A stretch of DNA of 64,000 bases, from NCBI GenBank assembly GCA_031409655.1, contig JANNXQ010000078.1, positions 1 to 64,000 on the forward strand, given 5' to 3'. Position numbers and translations under genes: made by a program. Positions 1 through 9,926 of this stretch are shown piece by piece. Within the stretch, counting starts at the first letter, position 1; every line of letters begins with the position of its first letter. This DNA comes from Chthoniobacteraceae bacterium (GTDB taxonomy: Bacteria; Verrucomicrobiota; Verrucomicrobiia; Chthoniobacterales; Chthoniobacteraceae). Below the pieces are notes generated by a model. That model was not told the origin of the DNA, searched no databases, and worked only from the letters and a program-made list of their open reading frames with translations.

Positions 1-111
1 GTGGATGGCGCGCTCCGCCGCGCCATGCCAGACCCTGCGCGACCGCGCCACTTCGGTAGAATGGCCTGCGGCGAGCGTTTTTCTCATGGTGCGGCGGAGC
101 GCACCATCCAC
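1..111. repeat. REP/MITE-like element, copy 1 (27-bp terminal inverted repeats)
   Basis: 1-27 GTGGATGGCGCGCTCCGCCGCGCCATG pairs with 85-111 (2 mismatches); identical left arm at 30033-30059. Confidence 0.85.
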
Positions 112-116
112 CCTGG

Positions 117-1073
117 CTACGCCAGGCACTTCTCGAGCTGCCCGCGGATGCTCGCTTCCTTGAGCCCTTTGCCGATGAAGACGAGCTGGCTGACGCGCTT
201 CTCCTCCTTTTCCCAGAGCCGATCCCACATGATCGTGAAGCGGTTGTTCACGCCGTGGAAGATGGCGCGGCGCGGGTTGCCGGTGATGGAGAGGAAGCCC
301 TTGGAGCGATACACTTTCTCCTTTTCCGAGAGCTCCTGGATGAAGAACTCGAACTTCTCGATGACGAACGGCCGGTCGAACTCGAAGGAGAACGACTCGA
401 TGTCGTGGTGATGCCGCTGGCGCAGTTCGTTGAGAAACTCGGGGTCGATCTCGATCTTCCGGTCGAGCTTGAAGGCGTTCATGTCGAGCAGCTCCTTCAG
501 GTTCACCTGCGACTGATTGGTGCGGAAGATGGTCGCGTGCGGGTTGAGCTTGCGGATCACCTCCTCGGTGGTGGTCAGGTGCGCTTCGTCCACGAGATCG
601 GTCTTGTTCAGGAGGAGAAAATCGGCCATCGCGATCTGCTCCCGCGCGGTCTCGGTGTCCTGCATCTGCTGCGCGATCTGCTCGGCATCGACCACGGTGA
701 TGATCGAGTCCAGCCGCACGAATTGCTGGAGCTGCGGGATATTCAGGAAGGTCTGCGCGATCGGCCCGGGATCGGCGATGCCCGTGGTCTCGATGAGCAG
801 GTAGTCAAAGCCACCGCGCTTGAGCAGATTCTGCACGCCTTTCACGAGGTCCTTGCGGACCGTGCAGCACATGCAGCCGTTGCTCAGCTCGAGCACGTCG
901 TCCTCGGTCTTTTCGATGAGCGCCCCGTCGATGCCGATCTTGCCGACTTCATTCACGATCACGGCAAATTTGTAGCCGTGCTGCTGCTTGAGGATGTAGT
1001 TCAGCAGCGTGGTCTTCCCGGCGCCGAGGAAGCCGGTGAGGATGGTGACGGGGACGGGAGTGGGCGTGGACAT
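117..1073 (-). CDS. COG0523/CobW-family G3E GTPase (metallochaperone)
   Basis: [11 protein letters not shown]alker A, GCMCC metal motif, [13 protein letters not shown], CobW_C-like YRSKG; start taken at MSTPTP. Confidence 0.93.
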   Translation of the reverse strand: MSTPTPVPVTILTGFLGAGKTTLLNYILKQQHGYKFAVIVNEVGKIGIDGALIEKTEDDVLELSNGCMCCTVRKDLVKGVQNLLKRGGFDYLLIETTGIADPGPIAQTFLNIPQLQQFVRLDSIITVVDAEQIAQQMQDTETAREQIAMADFLLLNKTDLVDEAHLTTTEEVIRKLNPHATIFRTNQSQVNLKELLDMNAFKLDRKIEIDPEFLNELRQRHHHDIESFSFEFDRPFVIEKFEFFIQELSEKEKVYRSKGFLSITGNPRRAIFHGVNNRFTIMWDRLWEKEEKRVSQLVFIGKGLKEASIRGQLEKCLA

Positions 1074-1219
1074 GGGCAGATGGGCAGTTGAAACGGGCGA
1101 GACTATTGCCCCACGAACCTGCCGGACGCACGCGGGAACTTGCCCTTCGCCGCACGCGCCCAATTCGCCGATTGCGTTTCACGGTGGCATCGCGAGAGTC
1201 TGCCCGCCTTGAAAAAACC

Positions 1220-2023
1220 ATGAAGTGGATCGATCGCGCCGAGGCTCGCTTCGGCCACCTAGCCATTCCCAATCTGCTCCGGATCATCGTCGCGTTCAAC
1301 GCGCTGGTCTTCGTGCTTTACAAGGTCAACCCCGGCTGGCTCTCGACCCTCGCGCTCGATCCGGCGGCGGTGAAAAGCGGCGAAGTCTGGCGGCTCGTCA
1401 CCTACATTTTCATCCCGCAGATCGGCGGGAAGATGCTGGAGGCGCTCTTCGCCCTGCTCTACCTCTGGTACCTCTGGTGGCTGGGCGATGGGCTCGAAGA
1501 AGCCCTGGGCAGCTTCAAGCTCAATGTCTTCTACCTCCTCGGCATGATCGGCACCACCGCCGCCGCCTTCTTCTTCGGCGCGAATTTCTCCACCTTCATG
1601 CTGAACTCCTCGCTCTTCTTCGCCTTTGCGCGCTTCTACCCGGAGATGACGATCTACCTCCTGGCCATCGTCCCGGTGAAAGTGAAGTGGCTCGCCTGGC
1701 TCTACGGCGGCGTGCTTCTTTTGGGCTTCCTCTTCTCCGCCTGGAGCTACCGTTTCGCCGTCCTCGCCGCCTTCCTGAACTACCTCGTCTTCTTCGGCGT
1801 CGAGATCTTCCAGGCCGCCGTCGAGCGCAAAGAAATCGCCACCCGCCGCCGCCGTTTCGAGAACGACAAGAGCGCCGTCACCGAGGAATCCCTGCACAAA
1901 TGCGAAGTCTGCGGCCGCACCGAAATCAGCGAACCGCACCTCGACTTCCGGGTAGCGAAAGACGGCCACGAATATTGCACCGAGCATCTGCCGAAGGCCA
2001 CCAGCGTCACACCCGGGTTCTGA
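1220..2023 (+). CDS. Rhomboid/Derlin-like membrane protein with C-terminal Cys/His zinc-finger-like tail
   Basis: GEVWRLVTYIF (WR motif), about 6 TM helices, PVKVKWL, tail HKCEVCGRT...HEYCTEH. Confidence 0.75.
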   Translation: MKWIDRAEARFGHLAIPNLLRIIVAFNALVFVLYKVNPGWLSTLALDPAAVKSGEVWRLVTYIFIPQIGGKMLEALFALLYLWYLWWLGDGLEEALGSFKLNVFYLLGMIGTTAAAFFFGANFSTFMLNSSLFFAFARFYPEMTIYLLAIVPVKVKWLAWLYGGVLLLGFLFSAWSYRFAVLAAFLNYLVFFGVEIFQAAVERKEIATRRRRFENDKSAVTEESLHKCEVCGRTEISEPHLDFRVAKDGHEYCTEHLPKATSVTPGF

Positions 2024-2043
2024 ATGGAGGCGCGGAGGCCCGC

Positions 2044-3066
2044 TCACCCCTCACCGGGTCTGAGTCGGCCGCGCATTTTGGCCTTGGCCGTTCCGAGCAG
2101 CCATTTCGCAGCGGCGGCGGTCCGGGAGTTGACTTTTGAGATCTCAAAGAAGGGCGTCTGCACCGCTCCGAAAGAGCGGAAAAAGCGTTCGACTGGCTCC
2201 AGGACCGAACCCTCAAAGTCGAACTTCTTCCCAAGCGCCGACGCCGTTTCGATTGCCTTCCAGACGAGCAGCGAGCCGGCGCCGCTGTTGCGCAATTCCG
2301 GGTCCCCACCGCCGGTGTAGTAATAGACCGTCGTCGCGTCGATGAGCAGATACACCGCGGCATGCACGCGACCCTCCGGATCGCGGGCGATGAAGATTTT
2401 CCCGGCGCCATTCCGCGCGCACGTCGCGCCGAAGTTCCGCAGCGATTCGTCCGAGTGCGAGTTTTCCAGGCCCTGCCTTTGCAGGGTGAGATGCTGCATT
2501 CGGATCACGTGGCTGAAATCGTCTGTTTCCTCAATCGTGACCGCCTTGCGCGCTTTGCGGACGTCGGTGCGGATGTTGTCACGCGTCTCGCCCCACAGCT
2601 TTTCAAGGTCACGCGTGTCTTCGATGCGGTACGTGTAGAGAGTCGTCTGCTTGAAGCCCTTCCAATGGAATGGCAGCCAGTTGGTGATGCCGGGATGGAA
2701 TTGCTGCTGGAAGATCGCGAACTCCGGCAGGCCAGCAATCAACTCCGTCATCAGGTCTTTTTCTTCCCCGAGACGGTTTGCATATTTCGCCGTGGATTTG
2801 CGCAGCCAAGGACCGAGGAACGGCGTGTACGGCGGCATCTCGATGACCCGCCAGCCGGAGCGGACTTTCGCCACATAGGGCAGCACCGCCGCGATACTTT
2901 CGCCCCGCTTTACCACCGCGTAGTCCCACGCTCCGGGTGCGGTCAGCTCCAGCCACCATGGCTGAAAGAAAAGCGGCGCATCCGCCAAGAACTCGATGAC
3001 TAGAGGATCGGGTGGCACGGTGCGAGGGCGCGCATGATGCGCGCCACGGTCTTCAGTTCCAGCCAT
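2044..3066 (-). CDS. GNAT/FemAB-like acyltransferase (polysaccharide modification)
   Basis: PLFFQPWWLE, IRTDVRKA, YYYTGGGDPELRNSGAGSLL, FDFEGS, VERFFRSFG; start uncertain. Confidence 0.8.
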   Translation of the reverse strand: MAGTEDRGAHHARPRTVPPDPLVIEFLADAPLFFQPWWLELTAPGAWDYAVVKRGESIAAVLPYVAKVRSGWRVIEMPPYTPFLGPWLRKSTAKYANRLGEEKDLMTELIAGLPEFAIFQQQFHPGITNWLPFHWKGFKQTTLYTYRIEDTRDLEKLWGETRDNIRTDVRKARKAVTIEETDDFSHVIRMQHLTLQRQGLENSHSDESLRNFGATCARNGAGKIFIARDPEGRVHAAVYLLIDATTVYYYTGGGDPELRNSGAGSLLVWKAIETASALGKKFDFEGSVLEPVERFFRSFGAVQTPFFEISKVNSRTAAAAKWLLGTAKAKMRGRLRPGEG

Positions 3067-3128
3067 TTCGCCAATCGTGGCCGAGATTCCCGTCTTGTGG
3101 GCAGCCCCCGCGATTGTACGCTTGTCCC

Positions 3129-3959
3129 ATGAAGGAAACGGATTCGTTCGCCACTGCCCGGCAAAAGGCGGACGAAAGCACGGTCGATCCTCAGGAGCGC
3201 AATCGCATCTGGTGGGAGACGCTGCCGATGACGTATGCGGATTGGGAATCTCCGGAGCGCCGGGTTGAAGCCGAGGAGCAGTTTCGCAAATACGTCGAAG
3301 ATTTTCGCCGTTGCAGCACCTACATCGCGGCGTTTCCCTTCGAGCAGTTCGCGGGAAAAAAGGTGCTCGAGATTGGCTGCGGCTTCGGCGCGGCCTCGTG
3401 CCTTTTCGCGAAAGCAGGTGCGGAGATGCACTCCGTGGATCTCACGGCGGCGGCGGTGGCCGGCACCTCGGCGAATGCCAAGCTCAACGGTCTCACGATC
3501 GACGTCCTGCAGATGGACGCGCAGCAGCTCGAATTCCCCGACGCGACCTTTGACTACGTGTTTTCCTGGGGCGTCCTCCACCACTCGCATGATACTCAGG
3601 CCGCGTTCCGCGAAGTCAGCCGGGTGCTTAAGCCGGGCGGGCAAGGGATGATCATGGTGTACAATCGGCACAGCTTCCGATACTGGCACTTCGGCCTGCA
3701 GGAACTGTTCTTCCGGGGCGGCCTCTTCCGCGGTGAGACCTTCAAATCCGCGCAGCGCTTCTACACCGATGGCTATTACCATCGCCACTTCAGCCCGCGC
3801 GAACTCCGTGCCTGCCTCGCCGCCGCGGGCCTGCCGGTGGATAAAACAGTCGTCACCTACATGGACGAGCAGATGTTCTACAAATGGCCGAAGGCGGTGG
3901 ACGACTATTTCAAAAACAAGATCGGCTGGCTTCTCGTGTCGGAGTTCAGCAAGCCCTAA
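3129..3959 (+). CDS. Class I SAM-dependent methyltransferase
   Basis: VLEIGCGFG, FDYVFSWGVLHH, RVLKPGG. Confidence 0.9.
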   Translation: MKETDSFATARQKADESTVDPQERNRIWWETLPMTYADWESPERRVEAEEQFRKYVEDFRRCSTYIAAFPFEQFAGKKVLEIGCGFGAASCLFAKAGAEMHSVDLTAAAVAGTSANAKLNGLTIDVLQMDAQQLEFPDATFDYVFSWGVLHHSHDTQAAFREVSRVLKPGGQGMIMVYNRHSFRYWHFGLQELFFRGGLFRGETFKSAQRFYTDGYYHRHFSPRELRACLAAAGLPVDKTVVTYMDEQMFYKWPKAVDDYFKNKIGWLLVSEFSKP

Positions 3960-3986
3960 AATCGGCATCGCCTCGCTCAGACACCT

Positions 3987-4580
3987 TCAATCTTCGTCCG
4001 CCGCAAATAAGCGCGCCGCGTCAATCGAGAAGCCAGGCAAGAGCACCGAGACCGCGACCTCGCCCCGACCGAACCGGCCAACGAGAGTAAACTCCAAACC
4101 CGCACTCAGGCTGAGCACATCCACGCTCTGCGCTTCGGGGTCGATGATCCAGTACTCCCTCACGCCGTGCTGCTCGTAGAGATCCTTCTTGTCCACCCGG
4201 TCACGGCGGCGGCCGCCCGGCGACAGCACCTCGGCCACGAGGTCCGCCGGACCCATGATGACGTTTTGGATTCGACCGAGGTTTTCCTTGGAAATGTACG
4301 CCACATCCGGCTGCACCATCCGGTGTGGAGAAAGCACCATGTCGATCGGGGACGCGACGACCTTGCCCAGCCGCCGCGGCGTCACCCAATCGAACAACGA
4401 ACGGTAGAACCGCAGTAAAACTTCCTGATGGAACCAAAATGGGGCGGGCGACATGATCAGTTCTCCGTCCCAGAGTTCATGGGGCTGGTTCGTTTCCTCC
4501 ATCTGCGCGCACAACTCATCATAGGTATAGAGTTTTGTCCGCACTGGCAGGCGTGGTCGGAGTGAAGATTTCGCAGCCAT
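3987..4580 (-). CDS. Uma2/DUF820-family endonuclease
   Basis: ELWDGELIMSPAP..HQ, VQPDV, ADLVAEVLSP, DRVDKKDLYEQHGVREYWIIDP. Confidence 0.93.
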   Translation of the reverse strand: MAAKSSLRPRLPVRTKLYTYDELCAQMEETNQPHELWDGELIMSPAPFWFHQEVLLRFYRSLFDWVTPRRLGKVVASPIDMVLSPHRMVQPDVAYISKENLGRIQNVIMGPADLVAEVLSPGGRRRDRVDKKDLYEQHGVREYWIIDPEAQSVDVLSLSAGLEFTLVGRFGRGEVAVSVLLPGFSIDAARLFAADED

Positions 4581-4582
4581 GC

Positions 4583-5716
4583 TCATGAGCGGAGGGAACC
4601 ACACTCCATCGCGGGCGGCAAATCCAGAAGTTCCCGACACGCAGCATAGACATCCTCCACGCCGAGGTCGCGCATGCACTGGATCTCGATGGGACAATCG
4701 CGCAGGGCCTCCAGTTCTGTCTTGGCCATTTTCGCCATGCAGGGGATGCAGGGCAGGGACTTGCGCAGGATGCGACTCGTGGGCGCTTTCGGCGCCGTCA
4801 TGCCGTCGTCGGTCGGCCCGTAGAGCGCAATCAGCGGGGTGCCGTGGGCGTTGCCGATGTGCATGAGGCCGCTGTCGTGGACGAGCAGGAGCTTCGCGTA
4901 TTTCAGCACCGTGGAAACCTCGGCCACGGAGGTGCGTCCGGCGATATTGACGACGCGCGGCAAGGCGTGCCGGGCGACAAATTCATCCACCAGTGGCTTT
5001 TCGTTTTCGTCCCCAGGCAGGACCACGAGTTCGCCGTCGGCGTTGAGCTTGCGGATGACTTCGGCGAAACGCTCGCGATCCCAGAGCTTCGGCGTCTTGA
5101 ATTTCGCGTTCGAGGCCGAGAGTTGGACGACGATGTACCCGCGTTCGGTCAGCTCGTATTTCGCGAGCGTTTCCGGCCCGAGCGCCCGGACATGCGTGGC
5201 GTAGGAACGTGGCACCTTCTCCCCCTCGCAGGCCTCGAGCAGTTCGAAGTGAATGTCCGTCTCATGTGCCGCGACATCGACCGGCGTCGAGGCGTCGATC
5301 ATGGCCCGGGTCCAACCCATCGGGATGCCCATCGTCTCGACGGTATGCGCCACCACTCGCGGAAATCCCGCGATCGCACAACCCCACCAGACAAAGGTCG
5401 GGCAGGCATCGAAGGGGACCAGCGCCGTGTGCCAGCCGGGACCGCGCAGACGGCAGAAAAAGCGCAGTTTGTGCGCGAGCGACGATGCCGGATCGAGGAG
5501 CAGGATTTCGTCGATGATTCCATCGCCCGCCGCGAAAAGCTGATCGGTCCCAAAGCTCGTCCAGGTGAGCAGACCAATGCGCGCCCGCGGATGCCGGCGG
5601 CGCAATGCCAGGATCATCGGCGTGGCCATGATGAAGTTTCCGAGCCCCGCATAGGCCGGGATGAGGAAGCTCTCCGACCCACCCCGGCAGCGAAGCAATC
5701 GCCGGAGGAGCGCCAT
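4583..5716 (-). CDS. Glycosyltransferase family 9 (heptosyltransferase-like)
   Basis: GLGNFIMATP, PKLWDRERF, HDSGLMHIGNAHGTPLIALYGPT, PCIPC. Confidence 0.9.
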   Translation of the reverse strand: MALLRRLLRCRGGSESFLIPAYAGLGNFIMATPMILALRRRHPRARIGLLTWTSFGTDQLFAAGDGIIDEILLLDPASSLAHKLRFFCRLRGPGWHTALVPFDACPTFVWWGCAIAGFPRVVAHTVETMGIPMGWTRAMIDASTPVDVAAHETDIHFELLEACEGEKVPRSYATHVRALGPETLAKYELTERGYIVVQLSASNAKFKTPKLWDRERFAEVIRKLNADGELVVLPGDENEKPLVDEFVARHALPRVVNIAGRTSVAEVSTVLKYAKLLLVHDSGLMHIGNAHGTPLIALYGPTDDGMTAPKAPTSRILRKSLPCIPCMAKMAKTELEALRDCPIEIQCMRDLGVEDVYAACRELLDLPPAMECGSLRS

Positions 5717-5727
5717 GACGATCTTCT

Positions 5728-6222
5728 TCACGAAGCGGTATCGGCCCCGGCGGCTGCGGCGCCGAGGAGAACGAGAAAGCCCTCCAGTGCTGCCCTCACC
5801 CACGGCCCTTCGGCGAGCCAGCGCGCCCGGAGTCCGGCAAGTTTGCCCGGATCGAGTTGCATCTCATACGCGTGTCGGAAGAGGTGCCGAAAACCGAGGA
5901 GATCATTTAGCAACGGGCGGCATGGTGCCGGCAGGACCGCAGGCCGCAGAGGCGTCAGGTCGAGAAACATTTTCTCCAGCAATTCCCGATGCCAGCGGGC
6001 TCGATCCTTGACGTGGTTTTCAAACGTGAGCGAGGTCTGGGCAAAAGAGTTTTCCAGCGCGTTGTAGAGATTGTGCAGGGCGAAGCCGAGAGAATCCAAC
6101 TCCAGGCGCGACAGCCCCTGCGCTGGCAACTGGGCGATATGCGCCTCCAATCCCGCAATCGCAGCGAGGTCCCGCTGGATCACTGCGGCCAGAGTCAGCG
6201 CTTCCGGGGCTGCGATCTTCAT
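5728..6222 (-). CDS. HEPN-domain RNase toxin (HepT-like)
   Basis: LHNLYNALE, WHRELL, RX4H motif RHLFRH; overlaps upstream MNT gene by 4 nt. Confidence 0.85.
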   Translation of the reverse strand: MKIAAPEALTLAAVIQRDLAAIAGLEAHIAQLPAQGLSRLELDSLGFALHNLYNALENSFAQTSLTFENHVKDRARWHRELLEKMFLDLTPLRPAVLPAPCRPLLNDLLGFRHLFRHAYEMQLDPGKLAGLRARWLAEGPWVRAALEGFLVLLGAAAAGADTAS

Positions 6223-6554
6223 GGCGTCAGGATCACTCCTTCCGCCACCACCCGGTCCCGGAGAAATTCCGACGCCCGCTCCATCTCGATGAGGTCCACC
6301 GAGCGGGGGAGCTTCTGCAGAAGCCAGCCGAGACAGCCGAGGAAACGCTCTGGCGGCAAGCCCTGGACCGCAAAGTCAAAATCCGAATGCACGCCTGGCT
6401 TGCGCCCGCGCGCGAGTGAACCGAAAAGCCACACTCGGGTGGCCCCTTGCGCGTAGAGATGCTGCGCCGCCGTTTCCACAGCGGCGCGATCTTCGAGGCT
6501 GATCCGGGCGAGCCGGTCGTCAGCAGCGGGTGGCGTGAGCGGCGCTGGGAACAT
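6219..6554 (-). CDS. Minimal nucleotidyltransferase (MNT) antitoxin
   Basis: VWLFGSLARG...SDFDFAV...VDLI. Confidence 0.9.
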   Translation of the reverse strand: MFPAPLTPPAADDRLARISLEDRAAVETAAQHLYAQGATRVWLFGSLARGRKPGVHSDFDFAVQGLPPERFLGCLGWLLQKLPRSVDLIEMERASEFLRDRVVAEGVILTP

Positions 6555-6601
6555 GTCGGGGAAACTTCAATACGGAACCAACGTTGGCAAGCCTTCCGCC
6601 C

Positions 6602-7306
6602 TCATCGCGCCGTCAGGTGGAGATCGAAGCGGTACCAGGAATCACTCGGCCGCACGACGCGCGTTGCAAACTCCCCTTTGCAGAGGCGCGCGAGTTCTTC
6701 GCCGTCGTGGTAGAGCGAGTCCGAGCCGTAGCGCCGGTCGCCGACCGCACGTCGTTTGAAATCCACGAGCAGCATCTTCAGCAGGTTTATCCAAGTGGCG
6801 ATGGTTCCCGCCGGCCTCTCGTTGAGAAACGAATCCTGAAACATAATCGCCCGCTTGCTCAGGTCGGGAATGGAAAGGTGAACGATGCGTGCGCCTTCAC
6901 CCAGGGACGGTCGGAGCCTGCGACAGGCGTCCGCGAACTCGGCGGGTGGAAAATACTGGATCACGCTGAAGGAATAGAGCCGGTCGAATGCGCCCATTTC
7001 CAGGGCGTCCCGTTTCAGGTCTCGTACGGCAAATTCGAGGTGCGGCCGATGTCCATGCGTGGCGCGTGCCCGCTCGACCTGAGTCTCGGCAAAGTCCACC
7101 CCCACGCACTGCAAGTCCGGCCTCAACTGCTGCACCGCCGCCAGCACCGCCCCATCCCCGCAGCCCAGATCGAGCACGCGCGCTCCTTCCGGGGCATCGA
7201 TCTGCCGGAGGATGTAGTCGGCGTAGTGCAAATGCGAAGCTGGGCCGGAGAGTCCGCGGAGCGCAGCTTCATCGCCGGTATTAAAATGGTCGCGAAGGCT
7301 GGACAT
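6602..7306 (-). CDS. Class I SAM methyltransferase
   Basis: VLDLGCGDG, GVDFA, FDRLYSFSVIQY. Confidence 0.88.
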   Translation of the reverse strand: MSSLRDHFNTGDEAALRGLSGPASHLHYADYILRQIDAPEGARVLDLGCGDGAVLAAVQQLRPDLQCVGVDFAETQVERARATHGHRPHLEFAVRDLKRDALEMGAFDRLYSFSVIQYFPPAEFADACRRLRPSLGEGARIVHLSIPDLSKRAIMFQDSFLNERPAGTIATWINLLKMLLVDFKRRAVGDRRYGSDSLYHDGEELARLCKGEFATRVVRPSDSWYRFDLHLTAR

Positions 7307-7325
7307 CGGCGCGGGACAGCGGCGC

Positions 7326-7895
7326 TCAGCAGCGGATGAGGTGCGCCTCGAGTCCGTGAATGACGTTGCAGAAATAGGTGGCGAAAAAGCGGACGATGTC
7401 CTTGGCCACCGGATGCTCGATCCGGCGTCCGAAGCGGTAGAACCAGCGGCTGCGGAAGGCCGGCTTGAAGGGATTCACGCAATACACGATGCGGTCGATC
7501 TTGAATCGCGCGGTGGAGTAGTAAGAGCGCTGCTCGCCCCGCCAGGTGGTCGGATCGTAGAATTCGAAGATCTCGTCCGAAAAGAGCCGTTCGTGAGTCG
7601 GATCACCCCAAGCCTCGAAAGAATTCCAGAACGGAACACCAATAAAGACTTTGGCGTCTGGTTTCGTGATCCGATGCACTTCCTCCATCGTCCGCGTCGT
7701 GTCCCGCAGATGCTCGAAGACGTTGTCCGCATACACTTCGTCAAACTGCCCATCCGCAAACGGCCAGGGGAACGTCCGCAGATCATGCACCACATCCACT
7801 CCGGGCAGCGGGGCGAGGTCGTGGTTCAGCCAGCCTTCCTTGATGATGTGCCCACACCCGAGGTGGAGTTTGGTTTTGGCAGGCGGCGGGGTCAT
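7326..7895 (-). CDS. Methyltransferase type 11-like (polysaccharide cluster type)
   Basis: KLHLGCG, DVVHDL..FPWPF, VFEHL, DPTH. Confidence 0.88.
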   Translation of the reverse strand: MTPPPAKTKLHLGCGHIIKEGWLNHDLAPLPGVDVVHDLRTFPWPFADGQFDEVYADNVFEHLRDTTRTMEEVHRITKPDAKVFIGVPFWNSFEAWGDPTHERLFSDEIFEFYDPTTWRGEQRSYYSTARFKIDRIVYCVNPFKPAFRSRWFYRFGRRIEHPVAKDIVRFFATYFCNVIHGLEAHLIRC

Positions 7896-7931
7896 GAGTG
7901 GGCGCGAGAGTAGGCAGGAGGTTGCGGCGGG

Positions 7932-8693
7932 TTAAGGTTTTTCCACCAGCGGCTCACCTTTCACATACCGAACAATGACCGACGAGCCGAACATCCGGAG
8001 GGGCGAACGCTCCATGGCGCGCATCGCACCGAAGAGCGGCTTGAGCACCGGTTGCAGGAAATTTCCGGGATGCTCAAAAGTCGGCCACGCGTAGCCGAGA
8101 CCAGCGCGGTGGAGGCCGTGCGGCAGAAAGAGCGAATCGAGATCGCTGGCTTTGAAGACGCGCGCGATCGAGATGCGGCGGTGCAGCCAAGGGAGATAGG
8201 TGAGCAGCGGAATCCGTCCACTGCGCTCCCAGGAGCCGATCTGGATGCCGTGATTTTCGAAAGGAAACCAGCGATTGGGGACCGTGATCACGAGTTCCGC
8301 GCCGGGCCGCAAAACGCGGGCGATCTCGCGCGCCGCGCCTTCGAGGTCGGGCACATGTTCGAGCGTCTCGATGGTCACGATGGTATCGAAGTAGGAGTCG
8401 GGATACGTCATCGCCGAAGCCGACATATGGGCGATCGTGTACTTCGGATCGCCGGCGACCGCCGCCCGGAAAGTCTCAAGATAGGAGTCTTGCACGTCGA
8501 TGCCATGCACCTCCCGAAACCGCTGACCCAGCACCGTGCTAAAACCCCCGTCCCCGCAGCCGACATCGAGCATTCTCTCGCCCGTAAACTTCCCTAATCG
8601 CAGAAGATTCCCGGTGATGACTTCGATGGTCTTACGGAAGTCGGCCTTCGCCCGCGGCGCCCCGACGTAGAGTTCATTCTGATGTTCTTGCAC
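7932..8693 (-). CDS. Class I SAM methyltransferase
   Basis: LDVGCGDG, FDTIVTIETLEHV, RVLRPG, ITVPN. Confidence 0.9.
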   Translation of the reverse strand: MQEHQNELYVGAPRAKADFRKTIEVITGNLLRLGKFTGERMLDVGCGDGGFSTVLGQRFREVHGIDVQDSYLETFRAAVAGDPKYTIAHMSASAMTYPDSYFDTIVTIETLEHVPDLEGAAREIARVLRPGAELVITVPNRWFPFENHGIQIGSWERSGRIPLLTYLPWLHRRISIARVFKASDLDSLFLPHGLHRAGLGYAWPTFEHPGNFLQPVLKPLFGAMRAMERSPLRMFGSSVIVRYVKGEPLVEKP

Positions 8694-8761
8694 GGCTCAG
8701 AGAGTAAAAGAGAAGAAGGCGGAAGTCAGGTGAGAGGAGAGGGTACGAAGGGTTGCTGACC

Positions 8762-9910
8762 TTACGCCGCGGGCCGACCGCGCCCAGTCAGGTGGCTCCA
8801 GAACTTCATCGGCCAGCGGCTGTCCATGCATGGGCGCTCGATGAGGAGGTAAAAAGTGCCCGCCACCAGCAACACCGCCGGGATTCCGATGCTGGCCAGC
8901 GCTGCCAGGCCCGTGGGAAAGGTCAGCGTCGGAGCCATTTTCCACAGAATCCGATCCATGAGCACGAGCAGCGGGTAGTGGAGTAGGTAGATGGAGTAAC
9001 ACATCCCGCCGATGGCGGTGATCCATGGGTTCGCAAAAAACCGGCGGAAATGAATCCCGCGGAGGACGAGGAAATAGAACGTCAGGATGAGCAGCGCGAG
9101 CAGCTTGGGGCGCGCAAATTCGGGCATCGGCCAGGCCCAGATCGGGATGAAAATCGCAAGGGCGAGGAAGTCATTGCGGAGCAGCGCTTGCGGCCGCGGG
9201 ACGATCACGTCCAGATACAAGTCGGCAAGCAGGAAGCCGGCGGCGAAGTACTGCACGAAAGCCGGGAGGGAAAATTGCGCCGTCAGCGAGGACCACGGAA
9301 TCCACGGCCAGAAGACCACGATGGCGAGGAGCAAGCCGCGCCGCAGCGGCGGTGCCAGTCGGAAGACGCCGACAAAAAGCGGGACGAGAACGTAAAACTG
9401 AACCTCCACCTCCAGCGTCCAGGTGACCCCATTCAGCACCGGCAGGTCCCCGAAGATGAGGCAGTGCGAGTAGATCAACCGCGCCAGGAAGCTGGGCAGG
9501 TATTCCTCCCGCGCCATATCCGACTCTCCCAAGACGAAGGAAGCGGCGTAAAAGCCGATGAGACAGAGAACGTAAGGAGGCTCAAGGCGGGTGAGCCGCC
9601 GCAGGTAATAGCGCCCGATGGCCACGGGCGGCCCGCCTAGGGCAAAGTGGCGCACGAAGGGCAGCGCGAGGATGAAGCCACTGATCACGAAGAAAAACTC
9701 CACGCCATACATGCCGCGCTCCATGACGACTTTTGCGTGGTCCAGCGCCGGGTCGAGCTGGAGGCCGCGGGCGGCATTGCGAGTGAAGCAAAAGACAATG
9801 TGGGCCCAGACCACGGCGCTGATGGCAAGAAAACGGAAGCCATCGATCTCCGGGAGGAATTGCCCGGAAGAGGTGATGCGCCGAAGGCGTTGGGGGAGCG
9901 TGCCGCTCAA
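8762..9910 (-). CDS. OafA/Acyl_transf_3 membrane O-acyltransferase
   Basis: IDGFRFLAI, GVEFFFVISGFIL, RRLTRLEPPY, WTLEVEVQFY, CYSIYLLH; TTG start chosen to avoid overlap, uncertain. Confidence 0.9.
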   Translation of the reverse strand: MSGTLPQRLRRITSSGQFLPEIDGFRFLAISAVVWAHIVFCFTRNAARGLQLDPALDHAKVVMERGMYGVEFFFVISGFILALPFVRHFALGGPPVAIGRYYLRRLTRLEPPYVLCLIGFYAASFVLGESDMAREEYLPSFLARLIYSHCLIFGDLPVLNGVTWTLEVEVQFYVLVPLFVGVFRLAPPLRRGLLLAIVVFWPWIPWSSLTAQFSLPAFVQYFAAGFLLADLYLDVIVPRPQALLRNDFLALAIFIPIWAWPMPEFARPKLLALLILTFYFLVLRGIHFRRFFANPWITAIGGMCYSIYLLHYPLLVLMDRILWKMAPTLTFPTGLAALASIGIPAVLLVAGTFYLLIERPCMDSRWPMKFWSHLTGRGRPAA

Positions 9911-9926
9911 GGAATTGCGTCCGGTT

